Below are positions 1-55,400 of a DNA stretch of 64,000 bases, piece by piece (position 1 is the stretch's first letter; every line of letters starts with the position of its first letter). The stretch is from Ophelia neglecta (taxonomy: Eukaryota): assembly GCA_965285935.1 (NCBI GenBank), contig OZ260661.1, forward strand, positions 120,032,001-120,096,000, read 5' to 3'. The translations under genes and the position numbers were made by a program. Below the pieces are notes generated by a model that had not been told where the DNA came from, did no database searches, and was given only the letters and a program-made list of their open reading frames with translations.

Positions 1-345
1 AAGTCAGTTGTAACACAAGGTGAAACACATTTTTATACATTTTCACTAAATTTGAGAAAAGAAAGGGTGGGCTTTGCAATTTAATGATACAATCAGACGC
101 CTTTATCTGTCCAAACCATCTTATATATTATGAGAATGGAATGTTTCTGGTACGTAAGAAAGATGCAGTGACTGATATAATTTGAGCCTCAGGTAAAATC
201 CCTATGTCTGGATCCACCTTGTACCCCGACTGGACTTGTTTCAATGTATTATAACATGTAACACTTTTCTAATGACGTCATTACGCGCCCTATCATAATA
301 CCAAAGTCATCCTACAAAATAACATATATAATATGGTCGGCGTCA

Positions 346-1700
346 TCAATGAAAGAAGACATTGAAGGAGTAACATACGTATTCAGGTATTGATACATAA
401 ACTTTTAGGTTGGTGGCAATTAGCAATATACCTGTGCTCAAAGCACTAAATTGCACTTTCGATCTTTTCGATACGACGAAACAAATTTTGAAGGAAAATT
501 TCTTAGGACAATTGCAGTGATCACGATTTATCTTATTATGCGTAGGGGAAGTTCTTCCAATTTCGCGCACTTTTTTGCAACTTTTTCGGAGCCGGGAATA
601 AATGATGGAAACAGAAAACAAGTAGCATGGTTAAATTTGGATGTGACGCTGCGGAGACCTATGTCCGTAACATAGCTTTGGGTTACATATATAGCAAGTA
701 GCCTGTTTGCAGCTAAATAATGATGTTATTAATCGAAATAAGATAAAGCACATGTTATAGTAAGTGGAGTAATTTATTTGAGTATACTTGTAAAATTCAA
801 TTCAAATACAGCGCGAAGTAAGGTCATGTCGGCGCGCGAAATTAGGAAAACATATCCTAATATATTTCTTGCAATAATACCTCCGTTGATTGCTGTAACT
901 GATCAAAATATAATAGGCCTATAACCTAAAAACAACAAAATATGAATTTCTAATGTAATAATATTTCACCAGGTGTATTTCTGGCATCTGCTGACTAGCA
1001 GGGTGTCTCCTAATACTCGTTTTCACTATAATGTGCTATTTGTAAACAAAAAAGAATTAAAGTCAATATAAATTTGAAATTTCAATACATGTCCTCAGCA
1101 TCTTCCCACAAGATACGAACATCAATTAACGGTGCCATTTGATAGATGATGGCCACCAGAGCTACAAATATATGTTTACCTGGCGCTACTCATGGCTTCA
1201 TTACAAATGATTCAGTTTAGGCGCGCCTAGTCAGGCAAAGTTAGGCGGTCTGGTTGTCTCTCAGTTTAATTTATCCCGTATTGACTGAGCCCGAATTGAA
1301 CCTTTACCAGAGACTAGTTCTAGAACTAGAAACTAAATGAGTAGTGATTTCCAGTCCCGCGTTTTGTGACCCCTCTATTTAATCAGATCAGTATCCGCCT
1401 CCCCCTCTCGTGATAAATTATGTCCGTTCCCTAATATAACACTACTCACGTTACTCATCTTGAAGGACATTCCCCTACGAATTTATTGTTGTTAGGGCCA
1501 TTGCAAATCTCAATCAGTCGCATATAGTGACTGGATAACATCAGCGAGTTGCAGCTAGGGCTCGCCCATCCTTTGCAAGACAGTTAGACCTGCTAAGTCG
1601 AAATGGTATAGATTCATCTGGAATCTTGAGCAGCACTGATAAGATTTTTTTGTCATCGTTCACTACTTTCACAAGCTCTCCGAAACTCCAAGTCCACTAC
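346..1700 (-). pseudogene. Possible decayed F-box/LRR gene relic
   Basis: Minus-strand fragments in shifting frames: LLKIPDE..FDLAGLTV..CKGW.RALA (F-box-like, about 1555-1635) and VTDIGLRSVTSKF..EKVAKKCAKLEELPL (LRR-like, about 545-670), plus exon-like pieces with AG/GT at about 1091-1166 and 971-1003; several stops and frameshifts. Confidence 0.3.
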
Positions 1701-2774
1701 TTTACCTCTTTACAAATGATCAGTATGCTTGGACCGCCCATGGAGACCCGGGGGGGGGGGGGCATGGCCCGATTCTTGTGCCGGGGTCTTGTGTCTGGTT
1801 GAGTATCGTTCGAAGCAGCTTTTTATAGTCCTAAAGGCTACAAGCAAATGTTTTCTATTGAAAAAAGAACTGTTGCATGCTTCATTTTGTTGTTAAATAA
1901 TATTCAATGTTTTGAAATGATGAATGTCATATTTAATCAGATACAATATGGAGGGGTGGAGGTGTGCCGGCGTGGGTGTACCCAGTTACAACCGGGTTAT
2001 TGTTGATGACCGCGGGGTGGAGGGTGGCGTTGGGGTACCCAGAAAGTTTTAATTGCCAATGAAATTTTTTCGCTGAAAGTTTGTTGTAGCCAAGTTTTGT
2101 TGTTTTGTCTCTCATATTATTTGTCCACAAAGTGCTCCCTCGCAATGGCAATAATGCTGATTTTCCAGCCAACGGTAGGACTGCCACTTCGTGCTTTTAT
2201 ATGCCTACTCAAGCTAGGGGCCTATCCTCTTGACGTTGAGAACTGCGCGGTTTGAGTACCAGCTGTCAACTTACTTGGTAGGCCTACTATATTTTTACCA
2301 TGGATGCCACCAATTTCGTACTTGTTTCCGCGTGTTGAAATTAAGTGACCATACATACGTGCATACGTGCGTCTTACAAGCCCCGCAATGTGAAATGTGA
2401 CCGAGCTGGTAGTAGCCTATGGGAAGGGCAAATCATAGGCGGCCGGTTTACGGTAAATTGTTGGTGTAAAAGGTGTTTGTGATATGATAGCTGCCACTAA
2501 CAAAACAAAGTAGAGATCTTAACTGATAGCTGTCATATTCCAAATGGCTTTTTTTCACTGAATTTTGCAAATGGGCGCCTATCAGCCCCCTCCCCCCACC
2601 CCGCAGATAATTTTCTGACTGGTCTATAAGCTGGTAATTTTAGCCACAAGATGTCTCTACCTACGGCTAGCCACATGACCTGACATGTCCAATCAACGTT
2701 CTTGTTTGGTGTTGAAGTGGTCTCGAATATCAAGGTGAAAATCATCAATTGACCGGGGTAAAATTACCCTAGAA

Positions 2775-43353
<40,579 letters not shown>

Positions 43354-46300
43354 ACACTCCCTAGTTGGGCATGCTCAGTCACCTCTGACCTCCTATAATC
43401 AGGGCCCCTAGCATCAAGAGGACAAGTCCCTGAGCCAGAAAAAAAAACATTGGGAATGCATGTTTTGTACTGACATTCAGCCATATATATATAAAAATAT
43501 ATACAGAGATATTTTAATAAATACTATTGATTAAAATACTTAATTATGAAGAGTATAGATTTATGATTGTGTGACTATTCATCATTTGCAGCCAACTAGC
43601 TAATGTGCCTATCATCATTCCAAACTATGTGACAAATGAAAGACTATTTAAAGGAAACGCTTTTGATTTCATGCTCATTTGCCAAGTTTGCTGCGCATTT
43701 TTGTACCCTATCAGTCAGAATTTCATTGTGAAACATGCTCAGGCCATGAATCTTCTGCAGATGCAGTCCACTATAAAAGCCATTCGTGTAACCAGTTTGA
43801 CCTTACAAAAAGAATTTGATTCCTGCCTTTTGCATGTGAATGACTAGCATACTTTAATTCCTGTGTGATAGTTGGATGTAGGCCTGACTGGTAACATTAT
43901 GACATAGAATTCTCTTTTTCGTTATCATTTTATCCATTGTGACTCCCTCTATACCTACCGGTACTGGAAGCATTATTATATATCGTAAGATACAGTATTT
44001 ATTTAGACCAAATTTGCATTTTAGTTGCTACACAGGTATTTTTCTTGAACTAGCTTTTATATTACACCACTATAATCATGTAAACAAAATGAAAATTCAG
44101 AACAGTAGGTTGAGTCTGTGAAGCTCGAAATGTGCACATCTTTGTCAACAATTTGCTTTCTTATTCTACTGGCTGACAATTGTTACAATTTTGAAATGTG
44201 TAATATTTACCAAATAATAACTATAGACATGATGAATTAAAAAGGAAAATGAATATTATTTGTGATTAGTAAAGCTTATAGCAAATTCCTGTTAATATGA
44301 AAAGATGCACAGTGCCCTGTGAAGTCGCAGGGTGCTTAATCTGTCTCTAGGTAATTTAAGATGATTTGTGAAGACACTGATATTTCAACATTTTGCTCTG
44401 GTGGACTTATCAAAAATGTTGATACATGCACATTGTTCATGGTTGTTGAATTTTTTATTTTTTGCTCCAAACCTGTTCCATATGATGTTCATTTGTACAT
44501 GCTATCTAGGAGTTGTGTAAATTATTTTATGAAAGGATTTTATCAAAGCTTTGGGTACTTTGTAAACAACATGTGATTTTAATTTGCAGCCTCCATGGGC
44601 TACATTGACTGAGTATGATACCAAGTTAACTGTCACACCCTTTTGGTTGTTATACTGGAACTTAAATAGATAGCCTGTCGTTCATTGTTAGACCACTCCT
44701 ATGATTTCTTCAATTTCTCAAATCAGCAAGGGCTTTTCCATTTAAATCAGTGATCGGGAGTTGGGTGCAATGTACTCTCTGTAGATTCACCCCTGATCCT
44801 AAGTATTAATGTCCTGAAAATGGGTAAAAAAGTGACCCCCCCCCCATCCACCCCAGATCATGTTTTAAAATGGAATAACCCTAGGAATAAAGAATTAAAC
44901 AAATCTTCTGTTCAGTAAGAACAAGCCACCTCACTCTATATATAAAACCCAGATTAATGGTAAGCATTTCTACCAGTGTTCAGTATTTCAGTAGTAAATT
45001 TTGTACTGGTATTTCCTCAATAGCTTTCTACACGTGTACATGTTCTAGTCACATGACATGTTACAATTGATTTGGGTGTCCTGTCATCAGACAGAACATG
45101 GCGACATTGCTAGGTATCTTCAGTTAAGAGTCTACAGGTTCTGTGTGTAATACCATTGCATAGCTTGTAATTGTTCACATGGGGCTCAGCCACTGTGTAT
45201 TTGTAGAATCAATGATATATTTATGTGACCCATATTTTGAAACTAAGAGTGTTTGGTCATTGTCTGTTGTAACATGGAGTATCGGTCTCAACAGTCAGCT
45301 TGTAAATGGGTAGCTGCAAAAATCTGGCTTCTTGCTAGAGCAAATGGGTGTAAATAACTTGTTTGTAAAGATTGTGATATTTAAGTAACAGACATACTTG
45401 TGGGAGATTGTAAATGGGTATGATTCAAGGGACAAGTGGAACCTCTTCATACCAAGCTAGTTGTGAGATTGTAGAGATATAATACCTCGGCCGAGACTCT
45501 CCAATTCTATTTTGCGAGGTAGTCTTTCATTTTCATTAACTTCGAAGTACCAAGTTGTTTTGCAGCTTACAATATTGCCAGTGGGGTTTGATAACGATTT
45601 GTACACATTTCATTATACTTTTGAAGTATTTTCATGGCACTGATTCCCTATGCCTAGTGTGATCATAACATGGCCTCATGTCATGTTGAATTTTTTCAGT
45701 ACATATACTTTATTTGCTTGTGTATAAAACTTAATTTATTTGTGTATCTCAAATTTGCTGTATATATGGAGACTGTATATGGCGCAATTTCCGTTGTAAT
45801 GATACCAGTGATTTCGGATGGGTGTACTTTATACTTTACTATAACACATCATTCTAGAATTACCACGGACAGGATTTTTACAACTACAAGATTGACCATT
45901 GTTTTAACCTGTAGCGAAAGAGAACTCCATCGATATTTCTTTGAAAACTGGTGCTTCAGGGGCACACCAGTAGTATGTAATCATTCACTAGAATAACTGC
46001 TGTAATTTTTATACTGTACAAGCTGGTGATTTTTCCTACCTAGGACTAGTTCCATGCATAGAGTTACCATATCATCACCCCTTCCCTAGGCTCAATACAC
46101 AAAAATGTGCCAAGCAGCCTTCAATTGTTGTAAGTAGTTGCCATGCCAAATGTAAATTCTCTATACCTCTTATATTGTCAAGTGTGGACTTTGGATAAAC
46201 AGTGTACAAGCTCGACTAGTCATTTTCTCATTGATCACATGCACATAATTGTACATCAGATGCCTGTGTCCTGACGAATAGAAGATAGAGCCTGTTATTA

Positions 46301-46601
46301 GAAGGTATTCCATTGTAAATGCTTTTGTAAACACCTACCATGCGAATAATGTTATGTTGACAAATTAGTATTGTGCTGTCAAGTTTGATACTACTCTGAT
46401 AGCAACAACTGTTTCATAGTAGTGTGGAACTTTGACATCCATCCTCATTGATGCACCAGTGTACAGTGTTAGCATTTGTATAAATATATTGCTGTAGAGT
46501 AGCGGGGGAAGTGATTTTAAATCTACAATCCAAAGAAGACATCCACATACTGTGTATATCTGTGACTGTTGTAAACAAACTCACAAAAGTGTCTTCTGTA
46601 A

Positions 46602-46607
46602 AATAAA
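46602..46607 (+). terminator. Probable distal poly(A) signal of the B56 gene (about 3.2-kb 3' UTR)
   Basis: AATAAA after a long TGTA-rich UTR-like tract, followed by a T-rich downstream element. Confidence 0.45.
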
Positions 46608-48591
46608 AGAATTGTACTCTTGACAAATTGCTCTTTTTGCCTTTCATTTCTCAGAACAGATCTTTTAAGTATTTTGTAAGCTGTGGCTAGGTGTAACTTC
46701 TGCTATTAGCCAGTATCAATCAAAGAACCATTTGTTGTAAACCGCTTTAAAGTTGTGGCCCTTTACTGTTTTGTGACACATGTTATTTGCTTCTTTTAAT
46801 TCTGTTTTCAAGAGGCATCTACAGTAGGTATAGATCTACATGCTGGGCCTCAAATTTCCTGTGGGTGTTTTAATTTTGCCCAACTGGCAAACTTTGTGCG
46901 CAAAGGGGCTTGCGAAATTAATGTGTTTACAATAAGTAACTTATCTATTACCTTTAAACCCCTAATGTGATGCAAGAGAGAACCATGATAAATTAAGTAC
47001 TTATTATGCTGACCTATTGTACATGCCTATAAAATGCAAACTTTATGAGTGGAAACATTATTCTTTATAAACCACTAGGGGAATATTCAGGGAAAAAGTT
47101 ATGGGGTTTTGCAGTATAATAATGATTAAAAGGATGTTTTCAAAAAATAAACTTTGGTAGTGTCCTACAAAACTCCTTCATTTCAAATAGTGTCCTTTAT
47201 GCCTTTGCTCTGCAATTTCAAGGTCAAATCACAACAAGACATTGAGACATGCACACCCTAGCCCCCCCCCCCCCCCCACTCACACTTGACTAATTATATC
47301 CGCGAAATGCAAATATTATGGAAGCGGGCTCGCCGCCACTGCCACTTTCGTAGTTGCTGGGACACGCATTTTGTCAGGCATGTTTAAGTCATGAAAACTA
47401 CATGTATATACATGTACATTTACAATACCAACTGTTTATTTTTATTGACATCCACAAGAAAAGATGATAAAACAATTAATCAACTTTGCTTGGTTTTAGG
47501 TTCAACCAGCAAGTTTTATTAGAGAGTTGCATATTTGCAAAGTTCATACTTTTGTTTATACAGAAAGAAACCTTTTCTTTGACTACTAAATACACATTCT
47601 CTTTCTCACTGGATAACAATTAGGTGACCATACAATTTTATGGTTGAATCCATACTGTGATGATTAGAATATTCACGCTGGATTAAATCTTCAAATTTTG
47701 TGAAAAAACCAGACCGAAATGAAATCTAACTTCGTATAATAGCGTATCAACATGCTACATAAGCCACTAAATAAATAACAAAGCGAACATTGTCACCATT
47801 ACAATAGATAATTTATACTGGATATTAAGTGATGGTTGAAGACTTGGTTTAATTGGCAGATACAGTATTGTTAATGTTAAAGGTTTGGTCTCAGTTTAAT
47901 GACTAGCCAACCATCTGAGGTAGAACAGATGAAACACCCATGTAGTAATAACAAAAGTTGTCACCTAAAAAATCAAGTGTATGTCTACACCATAAAACTG
48001 ATATAATATGATAATAATATTTGTGCTAATGTGGCAGCAGGACTTACTGTCCAAAAAATATTAAAACAAATTGAAAGTAAAATCACCTGTATCAGTTTTA
48101 GTTGTTTAAAGATAAATATGTGTTGTTGTGGTGTCATGCATTCTAATATATTATTCAATATATATATATATATATATTGATTACAACAAGGCAGGTCTTT
48201 TGAGGAGTGTTTTCCCCACAAGTAAACTGCCAGACTAGTATTCTGTGCTAACAGATCCAGGAAAAGCAGACTAAAAGTTATCAACTACATGCATGTACTA
48301 GGCAAAAAGCTAGACTGGAGTAACACCTTTATATTAAAACTAGACACCCATGTTCTATGAGCTAACTGTCAGTCTGTGCCTTCCTCTCTTGAATGAATTA
48401 ATTCATTATGCAAACTCTACAGTCTGGGGGGGGGGGGGGGGGAATTGATACTAGTGTTATAATGTTTGGACTAATAGTATTCCATTCTTTTATTAAAAGT
48501 ATTTGGCACAGACTGAACTTCTAGTCTAGAATGACCAAATCTATTGAATGCTAGACTTCTTTTAAACTAATATCAGTCATTGGGTAAGATA

Positions 48592-48703
48592 AGAGTGATC
48601 AACAACAGACTAAAATGCTAGATTGGAGTGATCAACAACAGACTGAAATGCTAGATTAGAGTGATCAACAACAGACTGAAATGCTAGATTAGAGTGATCA
48701 ACA
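48592..48703. repeat. Tandem repeat, about 3.4 copies of a 33-bp unit (AGAGTGATCAACAACAGACTGAAATGCTAGATT)
   Basis: Copies start at 48592, 48625, 48658 and 48691 (partial). Confidence 0.92.
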
Positions 48704-50396
48704 TAATTGCTATGAACTACTATAAAAGTGTAATCTTGGACTAGATAATCCACTGCTATAGTGACATGAAACATTGATAACTTAATTTCATGATTTATAA
48801 CAGTAACTGACCATCATATATTACTTTACATTTGATATGTATTTACTAGTTTATAACTATTGTTATGCTTTTCAGCTTTGTTGAAGGAATAAATAACAAC
48901 AACAACTGCTAGCTCAAGTGACAAACTGCTATGAAATGCAAGACTAGATAATAAACTGCTATGAATCACAACTTAGAGTGACCAACAGGTACATGTATGA
49001 AAAGTTAAAACGAAGAAAAACTCCCTGCTATGATAATATAGCTTTAAACCACTAACTGCTCTAGACTAGACTAGACTAGGCTACTACGCCGGGTCTCCTG
49101 CCGGGTACAGTAATTAACCTGCTAACACCTTTAGTCAATTTTTTATTATGTCTTATGCACATATTTGCAAAATATCTAAAACTGTCTTAGATTTCATGGC
49201 AAAGCCATGCAAAATAAAATCAATTCTGCTTCCCTGAAAATCATCATTTATAGGGCTTTCTCTAGCTTGGCAGGCATGCTAGACCCATATACCAACTGCT
49301 TGCTAGGATGCAGGTAAGTGACTTTCTACATTATCATTACAGCTTTCCACAATTTGTCCAAAGCAGAGGGATGAAGGAAAATTTGTTTTGCCATAGGTAT
49401 AAAATAGAACATTTTGTTTGATGCAACATCAGCAGGTGCACAATAAGTCTGAATAAAAGTGCCTTCATTACCCTCTGGAATAAAAGGAAAACACTTTGAA
49501 TGTATTATTATCATAATAAGTCAAGTCAGTGTCATCTCTGCCAATTGGTTGCCAGATATGCTCAGTTTTAGCTTCATATATTCAATGTTTTGATGAGTTA
49601 TGCATGCGTGCATGCCCCATACACAAATGAGGTCATTAATATACCTCACAAATACAATCATAACATAGCCAGACACTGAGACACTAGAACCAACTCTATT
49701 ATAATATGATCTTCCTATCTACAGCAAAATACAGTTATTCCAGCATTAAAACAATTAACCTTTCAATTCAATTTAAATATGTTAACATATACAAATTAAC
49801 AGGATTTTGAAAATCAAATTTACATGTTATGACTATAGGTCTTTGATAAAAATTACAAATTTATACATTAAGTTGAAAAGTATACTGATTAGTAGTATAT
49901 ATAGATTAGTAATGTATTTAATCTCTAGTAAAACAATGCAAATGGATGTGATAAGGTACATTTGTCTGCCTGAACTTGCCATTTAACTCATTTATCAAAC
50001 GACTAATGACAAATGACAATTAACTCTTTTTTATCAATTCACTAATTTATCAATAGTATATACATGTACATGTAAACTCTGCTTAAAAAGTTATGACACA
50101 CAATCACATATTATAACATGTTTGTAAGGAGATTATGAGCTACATTACAGTATCATATTGTTATCAGAAAACTCTGATTGCTGCCTACATACATGTACAT
50201 CTAGGCTCAATATCTACTATAAGACCCTGGATGTAGTACAAATATACAACACCAAAGAAATTACAACAAAGCTATAAAAACAATCATAGGAAACTAAGAG
50301 AATGTGAGCAAGTATAATCTGTTACATCACAGTTTAAAAAGTTCCCATTTCCCAAACTTAATCACAAACAAGTACCTAATCCTGGTATATGAATTT

Positions 50397-51895
50397 CTAG
50401 TCATTGCGCTGGTGGTGCACAATCTTTTCTTCCAGAGTGGGTCCTATGGCAGTCCACTTCCGGTATGTGCTCTCCATCAGCCAATCAACACTCTTGTCAA
50501 TGGGTTTTATGATGAAAGGAATTGAGCAAAGTCCTATCGCTGTCACGGTCCATTTCCTAATAGGCGTTGGCAAAGAACTGGCCCTCTGGAGTATAATATT
50601 GCTTCCAAAACAGATGCGGTTGATAGTGAGGCCAGGAATGATCACAGATGCTAGGCCTTGCCACATGAGAGTATCCACGACTGCCTGCACTATTCTTGTG
50701 TGGCGTTTTGACTCAGAGGACCAATGGACTTCAGCACATTCAGCACCTTTGCTATAGGCGTCAGCGCAAACATAGCTAGTAGCTACTGCATAGCTGTAAT
50801 CAGAGACATACTCGTACAGTAAATGCTTCAAAGCTATAATAGGGGTTTATATTTTATGTCATATGTCAGACATTAAAACGCTTTATGTCACATATCAACT
50901 TTACAGGAGAAATTCAGAAAATTAAATAAATTGAAATAAATAAAAATAGTGTTCATTGAAGTGTGTCAATTTGTGGATTAAAATATCACACACGTGTTGG
51001 TTCTATAGATACCCAGAGTACAGTGCATACATTTTTTTTGCCATTCTAGGAATAAAAGGTTATATTGGGGGGTCGGGAGGGGGGGGGGAGACTTAGACCC
51101 AGTCCTGTACCTCTGCTGTGTTGTCTGCTCCAGAGGGTAGCATGCTGGTCTAGGGGGTTCTTCAAAATGTATCTTTTTTGAGGGCCAACTGATCAGAGAA
51201 TGTGTTTTAATCTCACATGCCCTAGAACTTTTTAAGATATAGACATGTAACTTTGGCTGTCTGGGATATTGTACACTCACCATCATCACTTCCCCCTGCT
51301 TACTGCGATTTTTTGCCGCACAACCACATACACAGCCTACTCACTGCACTGACCACTACACAACCATCATCTCATCAGCGCTATTCACGAAATGCCCTCC
51401 GGCTGGGGGACGGGTGGGGGGAGGCAACGACTTCCCTGTCGGGGATATGGGTGGTCAAGTAAAAAGCCTGTCCAACATATAGGGGTGAACCTCAAACAGC
51501 ATGTCCGAGGTGCTTTTGGGAGGCAGTGCAGTGCCAGTGCAGTATTCCAGCCAAACTTATCATGTTATATCCACGGACATTTAGCTTTTCCGGGATGTGG
51601 TGGGTTTCAAAAGAAATAGTGTCTTGGGTATGGGGGGGGGGGGGGGGGTGAAAAAAGTTGCCTCCCATCCCACTACTTGAGGACAATTTCTGGTACACAC
51701 GGCATGCGGTAATCAGTGGCAGTGTTAATGGGTTAATCCTCACCTTAATCTCACCCAGTTCACATGAACCTGGGCGCGAAAAGCCTCCCCTATTTCATTA
51801 GCATATCCTAAATATCTGATTGGCGTGTCTCGAAACAAATCGATTTTCGCGTGTCCTGCTGATTTTGATTGATTTCGTGGTAAATCGGAAGACAT
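50397..51895 (-). CDS. MTFP1: Mitochondrial fission process protein 1 (MTP18), complement(join(50397..50793,51744..51895)), 182 aa
   Basis: Exon 1 MSSDLP...DLFRDTPIRYLGYANEIGEAFRAQVHVNWVRL with gtgagg donor (phase 2). Exon 2 after ttacag: SYAVATSYVCADAYSKG...VVDTLMWQGLASVIIPGLTINRIC...IPFIIKPIDKSVD. These are MTP18 signature motifs; 549 nt total. Confidence 0.95.
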
Positions 51896-52473
<578 letters not shown>

Positions 52474-55400
52474 TCTCACATCACGTCAAGGTGAGTTCTT
52501 CAAAAGAGCACAAAGCGATTTATACTGAAGGTGAAATAAACTACATACTGGTATTGATTATTATATTATATTTGGTCTGAGGGGGTGGTAATTTACTATG
52601 GGAGAGGGAGCCACAAATAACTTCTGGAGAGTTGTTAAAAATTATTTCAAAGTGGCTATACTCACGCCCGGCATCCACATAAGTGTTGCGGCGTATTTGC
52701 CAAATGAGCTCATATATTATTATATAGAAGGCAGGTCTTTTCATGCACCTTCAGTACTGCTGCAAGCGTGCAAATAAGTAAGCATTTCTTCTGTAAACAC
52801 TAAAGGTGTGTGTATATAGGAGAAAATTAATTATGAGCATGCTTACATGACTGGCATGAGTATAGTGTGGAAAAAGCAGTATACCCACCCTGGCTTCAGC
52901 AGCATATACATATAGTACAAAAAATTGAGTATATGCAAGCCAGCTTTTCCAGCATGCGTATAGTAGACTCATGGCACCGCTGGGATGCCGCACTGCAAAT
53001 AGTAGAGGGAAATTATTATATATGCCCGTCTCAGGTGCGTATAATAGAGAAAGTTATTTTATGCACGCCAGGTTGCTGGGTTCAATTCAAATTTCCCGTA
53101 AAAAACACCGCTTTTTATTTGCACTCCCGTAAAATGTTGCATTAAAAACAATGGTGTTAGTACTCGGACACTGACTTGTGGCAAATACAAGAAGATTCTT
53201 CTTCTTGTATTTTGTGAACAAAAACAAATGGGCCAAGTTCGAATGATGCTTGCTTATCCTGTTGAATCATATGTGCACTGGTAGGGGTGTTCAATTTGGT
53301 TTGTACCTAGGAGTAAATTGGTATGGATATAATGGGTTCTAAACTTTAAGTACATTATTCTTGACAATGATGGACCCCATTGCGTTATTGTGAACCATGT
53401 TCAGCCATGGTAAATATTAATTACCTGAAATGATTATTTTCTTTAAACTGACCCTAGGATTACCTATTAATTATTTTTTTTTAATTTCTATACTCCCAGA
53501 AATAGCAAGGGCAGTCAAAAATCATGGCTGAAGTAAGTAAGTAGCAAAGATAGGATGGTCCCAGCAAGCTGCTAGCCTAATGGCTGTGCAGAAGCATCAC
53601 TTAAGTTATACGTAGGTAGTAGCAGACAGGCATCTCATAAACCTGTGAATTCTTGTGGTGTTTGCTTCAATCATTATGTTTATTTTCACATTATTGTAAA
53701 TTCTTGAAAAGAAAACTCAGGTCTTTCTGTGTATATTATGTTAATTATGTATATAATTTGTGTGCATATTAGATAAACCCTTTAAATTATGGAAGGTACC
53801 TAATTTATAGTCTTGACTAATTCTTTACATCATTTTGCATCCTGTCTTTAGTATTCTACTGCTAAGTCAATGCAAGTAATGGTTTATGGCCCAATGCGCC
53901 ATTCCCTGGGGTGCCACAGATTTTTCATATGAATATATTTAACTAATTACTTTTAGGTGTTGTCAGGGCAACCCTGCAGGGAAAAAAGAATTATGGCATT
54001 CTCCAGAGTATGGAGTTCTTCAAATTAATGGGTGGCCAGGGGTACAATGGGGTGACTCAGGAATGAAGTACCAAGTAACAAAGTGAAAACCACTGTTGAA
54101 ATAAACCATTTAAAATAGTTTCTTTTTTGTGTTAAAATAATGACTACAGTATATGCATCAGATTCATGATATACTTGCAGCACAGCCTTCAATTGCTAAA
54201 CATCCATTGTTCACCAATTGCATATCTTTAATTTTGGCCATTATTTACAAGTACAAGCGACATAAGGGGAAAAAACATGTACTGTCGAAGCCAAATAATT
54301 TATGTTGTATCATATCTTAATAAAATTATTTTCACAGATTCACAGCATCTGATAATCTTGACCCGGTTGACGAATATGAATTTCAATAAAAAAGAAAATA
54401 TGATATTTACTCAGTATGGTGCATAAATATATACATTTAATTTAAAGTAGAAATCGGGGAAAAAACATGTGTTAACTTCCTAATCTTAGTAAAAATGTAG
54501 TAGATACCTTTGTTCTCATGCAGTGGTGGATAAAAAAAACAAAATTATTGTCACATATCAATGAACACATCAATTTGCTGATCACTAAATTTACTAAGTT
54601 CTGTTTGGTGATTTCAGGTATATTGAAAGGCTGGTCCACAGAATACTCACCTGTCCACTATTACCTGCTACACCTAACACCAGGATCAACATGGTAGCTT
54701 GAAGCAGGCCAAGGTCACGACCTCAGTGTGTTCAGACAGCCAGTGCTAGAGACAGAGAAGTTTTGTCTGGTTTCAGAGATTTCTCTACCTTATCAGGAGC
54801 AGTAATTATCAACACAGTTCCTTTATTTACCTGCATACAATAATCTCCATGACATTAAAAGAAAGGAATTGCTGATATTGGGTTTTTGAAAATTACTTTT
54901 TATTTATTTGTATATTCAAATGTGAGCAGGGGATGGTTCTCTACAATTAAGGGAGATGTAGCTGGCATTACACCATCAACATGTAAATTTTATAAGCATT
55001 AAATCCAGTTCCACACTACCATTCAAAAAAGAAGGAATAATCAAAGCATTTTAGACGGCAGTGTATGAAGCCTACACATGTGCTGGTACTGGTATATAAT
55101 TTTGATTATGATAAGGTTGTTAGTAAATGAAGGTGTATGTGTAGAGCTTACTAGTCAATGTCTAGTCCCATAAGCCATCTGTGGATCCCGCAGTGTGCTG
55201 TGGATCCTTCAGCCCTGTGTATACACTAGCTGACCTGCTCCTCACTGAATGGGAGCTAATGGAACAAGTTACCATGGCAACCTGATAGTTCTAGTCTGGA
55301 ATCATTTGATGGAGGCATGTGTTTAGGAGTTAGTTCACAATAATCTGGGCAATGTGAAGCAAACATTTGTAAAGACTTCTGTCCAGAGATTGATTGTTTG

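Noticed and set aside
1933-2187. 84-aa minus-strand Pro-rich ORF
   Set aside because: No known motif or convincing splice context.
50794-50831. ORF-track N-terminus MKHLLYEY.. for MTFP1
   Set aside because: Intronic; the true N-terminus is exon 51744-51895, spliced at phase 2.
51718-51737. piggyBac-like end GGCAGTGTTAATGGG-TTAA next to the MTFP1 donor
   Set aside because: No matching opposite TIR found in the intron.
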